From assembly GCA_963796545.1 (NCBI GenBank), contig CAWCMF010000026.1, positions 135,209 to 199,208 of the forward strand: DNA of 64,000 nucleotides, in the 5' to 3' direction. The notes under the pieces were generated by a model. The model saw only the letters and a list, made by a program, of their open reading frames with translations, made no database searches and was not told the DNA's origin. Shown here one piece after another: positions 50,407 to 59,747 of the stretch; the stretch's first letter is position 1, and each line of letters opens with the position of its first letter. A program made the position numbers and the translations under genes. This stretch comes from an uncultured Actinomycetota bacterium (GTDB lineage: Bacteria; Actinomycetota; Actinomycetes; Mycobacteriales; Mycobacteriaceae).

Positions 50407-52068
50407 CTATTCCCGGCTGCGCTTGGAGAACCGCCCCTCGGTCACCTCGTCCCACTTCTGGTAAACCTGATCGACCTGCGGGTTGCCCTGCCCCTTGATC
50501 CACTCGCAGGTCGACACATACGTCGACGGGTTGGTCACGATGATCGTGTGCAGCTCCGGCCGCTTCTGCGCCAGCTCCTCCAGAACTTCGGGCGGCGTCG
50601 ACGGGTCCGCGGCGCGCAGCGCGTCCAGCGGGTCGGGTAGCGCGCCGCGCGGTGCATCGTGTGCGGCGAGGTCGCCCTCCTCATTGTCGCGAGTTCCGGT
50701 GTTCAGCAACAGGTTCAGCAGGATCGCGGTGATGGCGCCCGCCGAGATCCCGGAGTGGAAGATGGTCTGGAACCAGTCGGGGAACTGGTGGTACAGATCC
50801 AGCGAGACGTTGACGGGCGAATCGGCGAGCGAGCGGTCGGTGTAATACAGCTTGGCTTCGGTGAGCATCGCGATGCCGATCGAAATCGCCACCACCAGGA
50901 TGTTGGTGTTGGTGAACTTCACCTTCGCCAGCGTCCGGACACCGCTGGCCGCGACCATCCCGAAGAGTGCCACACCGGCGCCGCCGAGCACGGCCAGCGG
51001 TATGCCCTCGACGACGGCGGCCATCTTCGGCAGCAGGCCCAGCAACACCAGGATGACGCCCGCGACGGTGGCGACGTGCCTGGTGCGTACGCCGGTGATC
51101 GCGACGAGGCCGACATTCTGCGCGAACGCCGTGTACGGGAACGTGTTGAAGATGCCGCCGATGACGGTGCCCAGGCCGTCGGCGCGCAACCCGTCGGCCA
51201 GTTTCTGCGGAGTGATCTTCTCGTCGACGATCTCGCCGACCGCGACGATGTCACCCGTCGTCTCCGTCATGATCACGATCGCGACGATGAGCAGCGCGAC
51301 GATCGAGCTGATCTCGAACGCCGGCATACCGAATTGGAACGGGGTCACGACGCCGACCCAGCTGTAGTCGCCCATGTGGTCCCAGTTCGTCATGCCGAAC
51401 GGAACGGCCACGATCGTGCCGATCAGCAGACCGAGCAGAATCGACACTCGTCGCAGACTTTCGGGGGCGAACCGTTCGATCGCGATGATGACGGCCAGCG
51501 TGAAGAATCCCATGCCGATCACCGCAGGCGAGCCGAAGTCCGCGCCGGTGGCGGTACCGCCACCGAACCAGCCCGCGGCGACCCGCATCAGGGACACCCC
51601 GATGATCAGGATGATGGTGCCCGTGACCAGCGGAGGGAAGAAGCGAATCAGCTTGCCGAACACGGGGGCCAGCAGCATCATGAACAGCCCGCACGCGATC
51701 ACCGAGCCGTAGATGGTGGTGATGCCGTGGTTGATGCCGATGGTGATCATCGGGCCGACAGCCGCGAACGTCACACCTTGCATCAGCGGCAGTCGGACGC
51801 CGAACCGCCAGAAGCCGACGGCCTGGATGATCGTCGCGATCCCGGCCACGAACAGGTCGGCCATGATCAGGTGGACGATGTCGGACTGCTCAAGCTGCCC
51901 TGCGCCCACCATTGCGCCGCCGACGATCAGCGGCACCGCGACCGCGCCGGCATACATGGCGAGTACATGCTGGATACCCAGGGGCAACAGCCGTTTCAGT
52001 GGTGGGACCTCGTCGACGGGTCGCGTGCTGGATCGCCCCTGAGTCAGGATCCGTGTGATTGTGGCCAT
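50407..52068 (-). CDS. NCS2 xanthine/uric acid permease with C-terminal extension
   Basis: GIQHVLAM, ETTGD, TAFAQNVG...TG signature. Confidence 0.92.
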   Translation of the reverse strand: MATITRILTQGRSSTRPVDEVPPLKRLLPLGIQHVLAMYAGAVAVPLIVGGAMVGAGQLEQSDIVHLIMADLFVAGIATIIQAVGFWRFGVRLPLMQGVTFAAVGPMITIGINHGITTIYGSVIACGLFMMLLAPVFGKLIRFFPPLVTGTIILIIGVSLMRVAAGWFGGGTATGADFGSPAVIGMGFFTLAVIIAIERFAPESLRRVSILLGLLIGTIVAVPFGMTNWDHMGDYSWVGVVTPFQFGMPAFEISSIVALLIVAIVIMTETTGDIVAVGEIVDEKITPQKLADGLRADGLGTVIGGIFNTFPYTAFAQNVGLVAITGVRTRHVATVAGVILVLLGLLPKMAAVVEGIPLAVLGGAGVALFGMVAASGVRTLAKVKFTNTNILVVAISIGIAMLTEAKLYYTDRSLADSPVNVSLDLYHQFPDWFQTIFHSGISAGAITAILLNLLLNTGTRDNEEGDLAAHDAPRGALPDPLDALRAADPSTPPEVLEELAQKRPELHTIIVTNPSTYVSTCEWIKGQGNPQVDQVYQKWDEVTEGRFSKRSRE

Positions 52069-52148
52069 CGAGATATCCAGCTCCCGCCCGTTCCGGTGCC
52101 CGCGCCGAGGAGCGACGCGGGTCGGTGGACCAATCTTTGAGGCCGACA

Positions 52149-52186
52149 GTTTCGGGAGTTTTCCGGCGGTGTGTCTGTGGGGTTAC
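52149..52186 (-). promoter_or_regulatory. GlnR-like box upstream of the NCS2 permease
   Basis: Minus strand GTAAC-n6-GACAC-n6-GGAAA-n6-GAAAC. Confidence 0.6.
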
Positions 52187-52686
52187 ACGGGGTACGCCGC
52201 GACGGGCATGACCACGGTGCCCTTGCAGATGCCTTCCAGGATCTCGGTGCGCCACGTCCCGTACAACGAGCCGTCGAGGGTGGGCGCATAGAACACCAAC
52301 GACCGGGCAGAGGCGTATTCACGGGGGACGTCGTCGCCCCGGAAGCACTCCCACTGCCAGTTGTAGTTGAAGATCCACTGCCTGCCGTCCCACGCGTAGC
52401 GCGTCGGCTGCGGGATGGTGGGGTTGGTCGGCGTCGGCCCGTCGGAGGCCGTGGCCACACACGCGCCGGCGCCGCACGACGTGCTGAACGTGTACTGGGC
52501 GCTGAAGTCCGCCTCCGACTGCTGGGTGGCGATGCTGGTGCCGATCTTCTGCGATGCGAAAGTCACGACGGTGTAGCGGCCGGTCCAATCCGGCTGCGCC
52601 GCCGACACGGTGGCTGCGCTGCCGACGCACGCGGCCGCAACAACAATCGCGGCTGCTAGCGCGTGGCGCGCCCGTCGGGCAGACAT
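52183..52686 (-). CDS. Secreted Rv2253-like / PknI-sensor-like protein
   Basis: Signal peptide, KIGTSIATQQSE, CVAT, YAWDG.QW, G.CKG.V. Confidence 0.75.
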   Translation of the reverse strand: MSARRARHALAAAIVVAAACVGSAATVSAAQPDWTGRYTVVTFASQKIGTSIATQQSEADFSAQYTFSTSCGAGACVATASDGPTPTNPTIPQPTRYAWDGRQWIFNYNWQWECFRGDDVPREYASARSLVFYAPTLDGSLYGTWRTEILEGICKGTVVMPVAAYPV

Positions 52687-52849
52687 GGTTCCTCGCAGAG
52701 TTGTCCAGTGTGGCAGTAGAAACGTAATTGCCCTACCGGTCAACGTGCCTGACCGACACGGCGAGTCGGGGGCACGGTTGCGTCACGGGTTGGTATCGGA
52801 GTCGGCTTCGCGAATGACCTTCGTGCGGAACGGACCTCGGGACCTCGCG

Positions 52850-53386
52850 TCAATGGCCGGCGAGCATCATCAGAGTCCACGCTGCGAGAGTCTGCGCGTC
52901 GGTGATGACGCCGTCGCGCATCATCTGCTCGATCTCGGCCCGGGTGAACCACGCACTGCGCATGTCCTGCTCCTCGTGCTCCCGATCGTGCGGACCCTCG
53001 GTCACCCCGGTCGCGAGGAACACGTGTCCGCGTTGGCTGCTCAGCCCAGGGGCGACGTGGAGGAGACCGATCTCGGTCATCGTCTCGGCCACGAGCCCTG
53101 TTTCCTCCCGCAGCTCGCGGGCGGCGAGTTCGGAAACGTCGAGTTCAGCCCGGCCCGGCGCGGTGCCCTGGGGGAACTCCCAGCGTCGTAGACCGATGGG
53201 GTAGCGGAATTGCTCGACGAGATGGAACCGTCCGTCGTCGCGGGCGATCACCAGCGCAAACGTCGGCCTGTCCACCACGCCGTAGATACCCGTGGTGCCG
53301 TCCGCCCTGCGGATATCGTCCTCGCGAATCGTCATCCAGGGATTCCGGTATACCTCGCGGGTCCCCACAGTCCGGATCGAATCCAT
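52850..53386 (-). CDS. NUDIX hydrolase (ADP-ribose pyrophosphatase-like)
   Basis: QFRYP, WEFPQG, AARELREETG. Confidence 0.9.
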   Translation of the reverse strand: MDSIRTVGTREVYRNPWMTIREDDIRRADGTTGIYGVVDRPTFALVIARDDGRFHLVEQFRYPIGLRRWEFPQGTAPGRAELDVSELAARELREETGLVAETMTEIGLLHVAPGLSSQRGHVFLATGVTEGPHDREHEEQDMRSAWFTRAEIEQMMRDGVITDAQTLAAWTLMMLAGH

Positions 53387-53427
53387 CGCACCAGTATGGC
53401 CAGGGATGGGGGGTAGCCTCACGTTCT

Positions 53428-54846
53428 GTGCTGCTGGCGTCCTTGAACCCCGCGGCCGTGGCGGCGGGGGCAGACCTCGGCGATGCGGTACGCATCGACG
53501 GCGTGTCGTTGAGTCGAAGCGATCTGGTCGGCGCCGCGACGTCGGTCGCCGAGCGGGTGGGCGGCGCATCGCGCGTGGCCGTGCTGGCGCGGCCGACCGC
53601 GGCGACAGTGCTCGCCGTGACGGGCTGCCTGATCGCCGGGGTGCCGTTCGTGCCCGTGCCCGCTGACGTCGGAGTCGCGGAGCGGCAGCACATCCTGACC
53701 GACTCCGGTGCCCAGGCCTGGTTGGGGGAGGTGCCCGACGACGCCGACGGGCTGGCGCACATCCCGGTACGGCTGCACGCACGGTCATGGCATCGCTACC
53801 CCGAACCGCCGCCGAGCGCGGCCGCGATGATCATCTACACCTCGGGCACCACGGGGCTGCCCAAAGGTGTGGTGGTGAGCCGCCGCGCGATCGCCGCCGA
53901 CATCGACATGCTCGCCGACGCCTGGCAGTGGACACCCGACGACACCCTGGTTCACGGGTTGCCGATGTATCACGTCCACGGTCTGGTCCTCGGGTTGCTG
54001 GGCTCGCTGCGGATCGGAAACCGCTTCGTGCACACCGGGAAACCGAAGCCGGCGTTGTATGCGCAGGCAGTGAGCGAGTTCGGTGGCTCGCTGTTGTTCG
54101 CGGTGCCGACGGTGTGGTCGCGGATCGTCGAGGACGGCGACGCGGCGCGGGCGCTGGCACCGGCGCGGCTGCTGGTGTCGGGCAGCGCAGGGCTGCCGGT
54201 GCCGGTGTTCGACGGGCTTGCCGCGCTGAGCGGTCATCAGCCCGTCGAGCGGTACGGCAGCACGGAAACGCTGATCACTTTGAGCACGCTGGCTGCGGGG
54301 GAGCGTAGGCCGGGCTGGGTCGGATTGCCGCTCAACGGTGTTCAGACGCGCCTGGTCGCAGAGGACGGCGCGGAGGTTGCCCACGACGGGGAGACCATCG
54401 GGCAGTTGCATGTGCAGAGCCCGACGCTGTTCGACGGTTACCTCAACCGTGCCGATGCCACCGCCGAGGTGCTCGGCGACGACGGCTGGTACCGCACCGG
54501 CGATGTCGCGGTCATCGATGCGGGCGGCATGCACCGGATCGTCGGCCGAGAGTCCGTCGACCTGATCAAGAGCGGCGGGTTCCGGATCGGCGCAGGCGAG
54601 ATCGAGACGGTGCTGCTCGGCCACCCCGGTGTGCGGGAGGTCGCGGTGATCGGGGCGCCGGACCAGGACCTCGGGCAGCGGATCGTCGCGTTCGTTGTCG
54701 GCGATGCTCAATCTGATGAGTTGATCGACTATGTGGCACAGCAACTTTCGGCTCACAAACGGCCGCGGGAGGTTCGCATCGTGGACAGTCTGCCCCGCAA
54801 CGCCATGGGCAAGGTACTGAAGAAGGAACTGGCGCAATGGGTTTGA
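53428..54846 (+). CDS. fadD36: Acyl-CoA synthetase (Rv1193-like)
   Basis: YTSGTTGLPKG, YGSTET, YRTGD, PRNAMGK. Confidence 0.88.
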   Translation: MLLASLNPAAVAAGADLGDAVRIDGVSLSRSDLVGAATSVAERVGGASRVAVLARPTAATVLAVTGCLIAGVPFVPVPADVGVAERQHILTDSGAQAWLGEVPDDADGLAHIPVRLHARSWHRYPEPPPSAAAMIIYTSGTTGLPKGVVVSRRAIAADIDMLADAWQWTPDDTLVHGLPMYHVHGLVLGLLGSLRIGNRFVHTGKPKPALYAQAVSEFGGSLLFAVPTVWSRIVEDGDAARALAPARLLVSGSAGLPVPVFDGLAALSGHQPVERYGSTETLITLSTLAAGERRPGWVGLPLNGVQTRLVAEDGAEVAHDGETIGQLHVQSPTLFDGYLNRADATAEVLGDDGWYRTGDVAVIDAGGMHRIVGRESVDLIKSGGFRIGAGEIETVLLGHPGVREVAVIGAPDQDLGQRIVAFVVGDAQSDELIDYVAQQLSAHKRPREVRIVDSLPRNAMGKVLKKELAQWV

Positions 54847-55187
54847 GGTTCAGCGAGGTGTGCATCGATGCCGCCGACACGCACGCGCTGGCTTCCTGGT
54901 GGTCGCAGGTGCTGGGTTGGCCCGCCGAGGACACCGAGGACGGCGACGTCGCGCTGCGGGCGCCCGGCGGTTTGTGTCCAGACTGGCTGTTTCTTGCGGT
55001 CCCGGAAGGTAAAGCGGTCAAGAACCGGATCCATTTCGATTTCACCCCGGGCGATCAGGAAGCCGAAGTCGAACGGGTCATCGGTTTGGGCGCGCGGCGT
55101 GTCGACATCGGCCAGGGTGAGCAGAGCTGGGTCGTACTGGCCGACCCCGAAGGGAACGAGTTCTGCATCCTGGCGGCCGAGACGTGA
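54837..55187 (+). CDS. VOC/glyoxalase family protein
   Basis: KNRIHFD, WVVLADPEGNEFC. Confidence 0.9.
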   Translation: MGLRFSEVCIDAADTHALASWWSQVLGWPAEDTEDGDVALRAPGGLCPDWLFLAVPEGKAVKNRIHFDFTPGDQEAEVERVIGLGARRVDIGQGEQSWVVLADPEGNEFCILAAET

Positions 55188-55849
55188 CGGGCCTTCCCCC
55201 GCGAACGTGCGAGTCTGCGGGCAACACGCCGCGCATTTCGGGGATTCCGCGCACGCTCGCCGCGATCGGTGGCGCGCTGAGTGTCGCGCTGCTGCCGGCG
55301 TGCGGTCACCCGCCCGAGGTGATGCTCGTCCAGACCAGCATCACCGTGCCGCCGCCTCCCGTGCCCCCGGCCCCGCCGGCGGACACCCTGACGATCGGGG
55401 CGTCGGCCGTCGACACGACCGGCGGCTGGCTTCCCGACGGCACCATGCTTTCGCCGTTCGACACCGCCAATCCCATTCTGTCGCAGGTTGATCCGGTATT
55501 GCTGGGCGCAGTGCAGAATGCGACCCGCGCCGCTGAGGCCACAGGCGTCCCACTGATGGTGACGTCGGGATGGCGGTCGAAAGGTTTCCAGCAGAGGCTG
55601 TTCGACAACGGCATCCAAACCTACGGAAGCGTGGAGAAGGCCGCCGAGTTCGTCGCCACGCCCGAGGTGTCCAAACATGTCATGGGGCAGGCGATCGACA
55701 TCGGTCCGGCCGAGGCGGACCACTGGCTGATCGCCAACGGCAGGCAGTTCGGACTGTGCCAGATCTATGCGAACGAGATCTGGCACTTCGAGCTCGCTGT
55801 GGACCCGCAGGGCAACTGCCCGCCGCTGAAACCCAACGCGGCGGGATAG
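55184..55849 (+). CDS. M15 family D,D-carboxypeptidase (VanY-like) lipoprotein
   Basis: Lipobox LPAC, SGWRS, SKHVMGQAID, EIWH. Confidence 0.88.
   Translation: MTGLPPRTCESAGNTPRISGIPRTLAAIGGALSVALLPACGHPPEVMLVQTSITVPPPPVPPAPPADTLTIGASAVDTTGGWLPDGTMLSPFDTANPILSQVDPVLLGAVQNATRAAEATGVPLMVTSGWRSKGFQQRLFDNGIQTYGSVEKAAEFVATPEVSKHVMGQAIDIGPAEADHWLIANGRQFGLCQIYANEIWHFELAVDPQGNCPPLKPNAAG
55201..55260. repeat. 60-bp REP-like palindrome, copy 3 (inside the M15 ORF)
   Basis: Its left part is the near-exact reverse complement of the right part of copy 2. Confidence 0.8.
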
Positions 55850-55863
55850 CACGCTGGCGGGCG

Positions 55864-55923
55864 GCGAGCGTGCGCCAAATCGCCAAACTACGCGGCGTGT
55901 CCGCCTCCGACACGCACGCTCGC
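55864..55923. repeat. 60-bp REP-like palindrome, copy 4
   Basis: GCGAGCGTGCG...CGGCGTGT...CGCACGCTCGC. Confidence 0.8.
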
Positions 55924-55942
55924 GGAGAAAAGGGAGGCGACC

Positions 55943-56958
55943 CTAGTTGGCGTGCAGCGCTTCGTTGAGCGTGATGCCCGTGCCGTCGCGCTTGACCACC
56001 TCGACCGCGCCCGTCACCGAATTGCGACGGAACAGCAGGTTGTTGACGCCGGAGAGCTCGCGCGCCTTGACCGTCTGCCCGTCTGCGGTCGTCACCTTGG
56101 TACCCGCCGTGACATACAGCCCCGCCTCGATGACGCAGTCGTCGCCGAGCGAGATACCCAGGCCGGCGTTGGCGCCGAGCAGGCTGCGCTTGCCGACAGA
56201 GATCACCTGTGTGCCGCCGCCCGACAGCGTGCCCATGATCGAGGCACCGCCACCGATGTCTGAGCCGTCGTCGACGACGACGCCCGCAGAGATCCGGCCC
56301 TCGACCATCGAGTTGCCCAGGGTGCCCGCGTTGAAGTTGACGAAGCCCTCGTGCATAACGGTCGTGCCCGGCGCGAGATGCGCACCGAGGCGCACCCGGT
56401 CGGCGTCGGCGACGCGCACCCCGGACGGCACCACATAGTCGACCATTCGCGGGAACTTGTCGACGCCATAGACGGTCACCTGCCCGCGACGGCGCAGCCG
56501 GGCGCGAACGGTTTCGAAGTCTCGATTGCGCACGGACCATGATTGGTCCACACCACATTGGTGAGGACCCCGAAGAGGCCGTCGGCGTTGAGCCCGTGCG
56601 GCGCGACCAGGCGGTGCGACAGCAGGTGCAGACGCAGATACGCGTCGTAGGCGTCGACGGCCTTGTCGTCCAGGTTCCCGATGACCGTACGGACGACGAC
56701 GACCTCGACATCGCGATCCTCGTCGCGACCCGCGAGTGCCGCGAGCTCGGGGGCTACCTCGGCCACCGACAGGCGGACCGTGCCGGTGACAATTCCCCGG
56801 TCGCTTCGCTCCTGCCCGCCGGTGACAATTCCCCGGTCGCTTCGCTCCTGCCCGCCGGTAGGGCCGTCGGCCGTCAGTTCCGGCCCGGGAAACCAGGTGT
56901 CGAGTACCGATCCGTCGGCCGCGATCGTCGCCACGCCGATGCCTGATGCAGAAGTCAC
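55943..56958 (-). CDS. dapD: Tetrahydrodipicolinate N-succinyltransferase (frameshift near 56525)
   Basis: [41 protein letters not shown]. Confidence 0.93.
56782..56859 (-). repeat. 36-bp tandem duplication in frame inside dapD
   Basis: GCCGGTGACAATTCCCCGGTCGCTTCGCTCCTGCCC x2 plus GCCGGT. Encodes [12 protein letters not shown] twice. Confidence 0.92.
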
Positions 56959-56982
56959 GGCGCTAAGACTAACGTCAGACCC

Positions 56983-58038
56983 GTGGGGCTTGATTTGCAC
57001 GGTGACCCGATCGCGCTGACCGCGGCGCTGGTGGACATCCCCAGCGAATCCCGACACGAGACGCGCATCGCTGACGAGATCGAGACCGCGCTGCGCGAGC
57101 AGACCGTCGGTTTCGACATCGTCCGCAACGGCGACGCGGTGCTGGCCCGTACCGACTTCGGCAGGCCGTCACGGGTGCTGCTGGCCGGGCACACCGACAC
57201 CGTGCCTGCGGCCGACAACGTGCCGAGCCGGCTGGTCGACGGGGTGCTGCACGGCTGCGGAACTTCGGACATGAAGTCAGGCGACGCGGTGTTCCTGCAT
57301 CTGGCGGCCACCGTTGTCGACCCCGCGCACGACATCACGCTCGTCATGTACGACTGCGAGGAGATCGAGGCCACCGCCAACGGGCTCGGTCGCATCGAAC
57401 GGGAGCTGCCGGATTGGCTCGCCGCCGACGTCGCGGTCCTCGGCGAACCGTCCGGCGGTTTCATCGAAGCAGGGTGCCAGGGCACCCTTCGGGTGGTCGT
57501 CCGCGCGACGGGAACCCGGGCGCACTCGGCGCGATCGTGGCTGGGGGACAACGCCGTTCATAAGCTGGGTGACGTGCTCGCGCGGCTGACGTCCTATCGG
57601 GCGCGCAGCGTGGACATCGACGGCTGCGTGTACCGCGAGGGCCTCTCGGCGGTGCGTATCGGCGGCGGTATCGCGGGCAACGTCATCCCCGACGCGGCGG
57701 ACGTCACGGTGAATTTCCGCTTCGCGCCGGACCGCAGCGTCGAGCAGGCGTACGCGCACGTGCGCGAGGTGTTCGACGGGCTCGACGTCGACCTCGAGCT
57801 CACCGACTCCGCGGCGGGCGCACTGCCGGGCCTGACCCGCCCCGCGGCCGCCGCGCTGGTCGAGGCCGCGGGCGGGCAGGTACGCGCGAAGTACGGCTGG
57901 ACCGACGTGGCACGTTTCGCCGCGCTGGGCATCCCCGCGGTCAACTACGGGCCGGGCGATCCGAACCTGGCACACCGCGTCGACGAACACGTCGAGGTCG
58001 AGCAGATCACCGCGGTCACCGACATGTTGCGACGCTAA
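56983..58038 (+). CDS. dapE: Succinyl-diaminopimelate desuccinylase
   Basis: GHTDTV, DMKSG, CEE, AHSAR, GWTD, AHRVDE. Stop may be slightly early because of a 1-nt insertion. Confidence 0.95.
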   Translation: MGLDLHGDPIALTAALVDIPSESRHETRIADEIETALREQTVGFDIVRNGDAVLARTDFGRPSRVLLAGHTDTVPAADNVPSRLVDGVLHGCGTSDMKSGDAVFLHLAATVVDPAHDITLVMYDCEEIEATANGLGRIERELPDWLAADVAVLGEPSGGFIEAGCQGTLRVVVRATGTRAHSARSWLGDNAVHKLGDVLARLTSYRARSVDIDGCVYREGLSAVRIGGGIAGNVIPDAADVTVNFRFAPDRSVEQAYAHVREVFDGLDVDLELTDSAAGALPGLTRPAAAALVEAAGGQVRAKYGWTDVARFAALGIPAVNYGPGDPNLAHRVDEHVEVEQITAVTDMLRR

Positions 58039-58060
58039 TTTAACCGGTTGACGACGTGGG

Positions 58061-58130
58061 TAGCCTGGGAAACATGCTCTCGTCCTGACGACTTCGCCGT
58101 CTCTGTTCGCACGTCACCGAGAGCTCTCCC
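58061..58130 (+). promoter_or_regulatory. Putative translational attenuator with leaderless uORF MLSS
   Basis: TAGCCT -10 box, uORF ATG CTC TCG TCC TGA at 58074-58088. GCTCTCG/CGAGAGC and TGACG/CGTCA pairing covers the GAGAG SD. Confidence 0.55.
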
Positions 58131-59747
58131 ATGCCGTCAGTAACCTGTACCCATCTGGCTTTTTCTTGGGCCGCCGGGCCCACGATCACCCCGCTGTTCA
58201 CCGACCTGTCGTTCTCGGTGGGCGCGGGTCGCACCGGTCTCGTCGCACCCAACGGCGCAGGCAAGAGCGCGTTGCTGCGGCTGATCGCCGGCGAACTGCA
58301 GCCCACAGCCGGCGCGGTCTCGGTCGACGGCGTCGTCGGCTATCTGCCGCAGACACTGCCGCTGCTCGATGACCGCAGTGCCGCTGAGGTACTCGGTGTC
58401 GCGCCCGTCATCGACGCGCTGAACGCTTTGGCGGCAGGCGATTCCAGCGAGAGCGTCTTCACGGCCATCGGCGACGACTGGGACGTCGAAGAGCGCACCC
58501 GCGCCCAGCTCGACCGCCTCGGCCTCGGTCACGTCGCCCTTGACCGGTCGTTGCGATCGCTCTCCGGCGGCGAGGCGGTCACCCTCGGGCTGGCCCGTGA
58601 ACTGCTGCGACGCCCCGACGTGCTGTTGCTCGACGAGCCCACCAACAACCTCGACGCCGACGCCAGACGCCGGCTCTACGACGCGCTCGACGACTTCGGC
58701 GGGTGCCTGCTCCTGGTCAGTCATGACCGCGTGCTCCTTGACCGGATGGACCGCATCGCCGAGCTGTACCGTGGCGAGATCGTCTTCTACGGCGGCAATT
58801 TCACCGCCTACCGGCAGGCCGTGGAGGAGGCGCACCGCGCGGCGGAGGATTCGGTGCGCAACGCCGAGCAACAGCTCAAGCAGGAGAAGCGGCAACGCCA
58901 GCAGGCCCGCGAACGGACCGACCGCAAGGGGAGGACCGCGCAACGGACCGTCAAAGACGCGGGGCTGCCGAAGATCATCATCGGAGCGATGAAACGTCGC
59001 GCCCAGGAGACGGCGGGCCGCACCGACGATGTCCACGCCAAGCGGATGGACGACGCCAAGGCTCGACTCGACGATGCCGAACGTGCCCTGCGTGACGACG
59101 ATGCCCTCGTGCTGGAGTTACCCGAGACGTCCGTCCCGTCGGGCCGAATGATGTTGCAAATCAGCGAGTTACGGTTCGAACGGGCCGGCCGTGACATCCT
59201 CGCCGACGTGAACCTGATGGTGCGCGGACCGGAGCGGATCGCGCTGACGGGCCCCAACGGAGCGGGCAAGACCACGCTGCTGCGCGCGCTTCTCGGGGAA
59301 CTCGAACCCGATGCAGGCACCATACAGGTGGCCGACGGGCGGGTCGCCTATCTGTCCCAGCGGCTGGATCTGCTCGACGACGAGCGCACCGTGGCCGAGA
59401 ATCTCGCGGCCTTCGCGCCCAGTCTGTCGGTGACCCGGTGCAGGCACCTGTTGGCGCAGTTCCTGTTTCGCGGTGACGCCGTCGACCTGCCGGTGCGTTC
59501 GCTGTCGGGGGGTGAGCGGCTGCGCGCGACGCTGGCGTGTGTGCTGTTCGCCGAGCCCGCGCCGCAGCTGCTGCTCCTCGACGAACCGACGAACAACCTC
59601 GACCTCGTCAGCGTCGAGCAGTTGGAGAGTGCACTGGCTGCCTACCGGGGCGCCTTCCTTGTTGTCAGCCACGACGCGGCGTTTCTCGAGGCGATCGGTG
59701 TCGACCGGTATCTGCGGCTGGCGGACGGCAGGCTCGCGGAGAGCTAG
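58131..59747 (+). CDS. ABC-F family ATP-binding protein
   Basis: Two ABC domains (NGAGKS/LSGGE/DEPTN twice), long helical linker, no TM segments. Confidence 0.93.
   Translation: MPSVTCTHLAFSWAAGPTITPLFTDLSFSVGAGRTGLVAPNGAGKSALLRLIAGELQPTAGAVSVDGVVGYLPQTLPLLDDRSAAEVLGVAPVIDALNALAAGDSSESVFTAIGDDWDVEERTRAQLDRLGLGHVALDRSLRSLSGGEAVTLGLARELLRRPDVLLLDEPTNNLDADARRRLYDALDDFGGCLLLVSHDRVLLDRMDRIAELYRGEIVFYGGNFTAYRQAVEEAHRAAEDSVRNAEQQLKQEKRQRQQARERTDRKGRTAQRTVKDAGLPKIIIGAMKRRAQETAGRTDDVHAKRMDDAKARLDDAERALRDDDALVLELPETSVPSGRMMLQISELRFERAGRDILADVNLMVRGPERIALTGPNGAGKTTLLRALLGELEPDAGTIQVADGRVAYLSQRLDLLDDERTVAENLAAFAPSLSVTRCRHLLAQFLFRGDAVDLPVRSLSGGERLRATLACVLFAEPAPQLLLLDEPTNNLDLVSVEQLESALAAYRGAFLVVSHDAAFLEAIGVDRYLRLADGRLAES

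Noticed and set aside
52069-52148. Purine riboswitch upstream of the NCS2 permease
   Set aside because: No recognisable purine-riboswitch consensus. The GlnR-like box explains the region better.
56782-56859. 36-bp repeats as a mini-CRISPR
   Set aside because: No spacer between copies, and they lie in frame inside dapD.
58036-58066. WhiB7-type promoter (AT tract plus TTGACG) for the ABC-F gene
   Set aside because: TTGACG lies only 7 nt from the TAGCCT -10 box, which is the wrong spacing.
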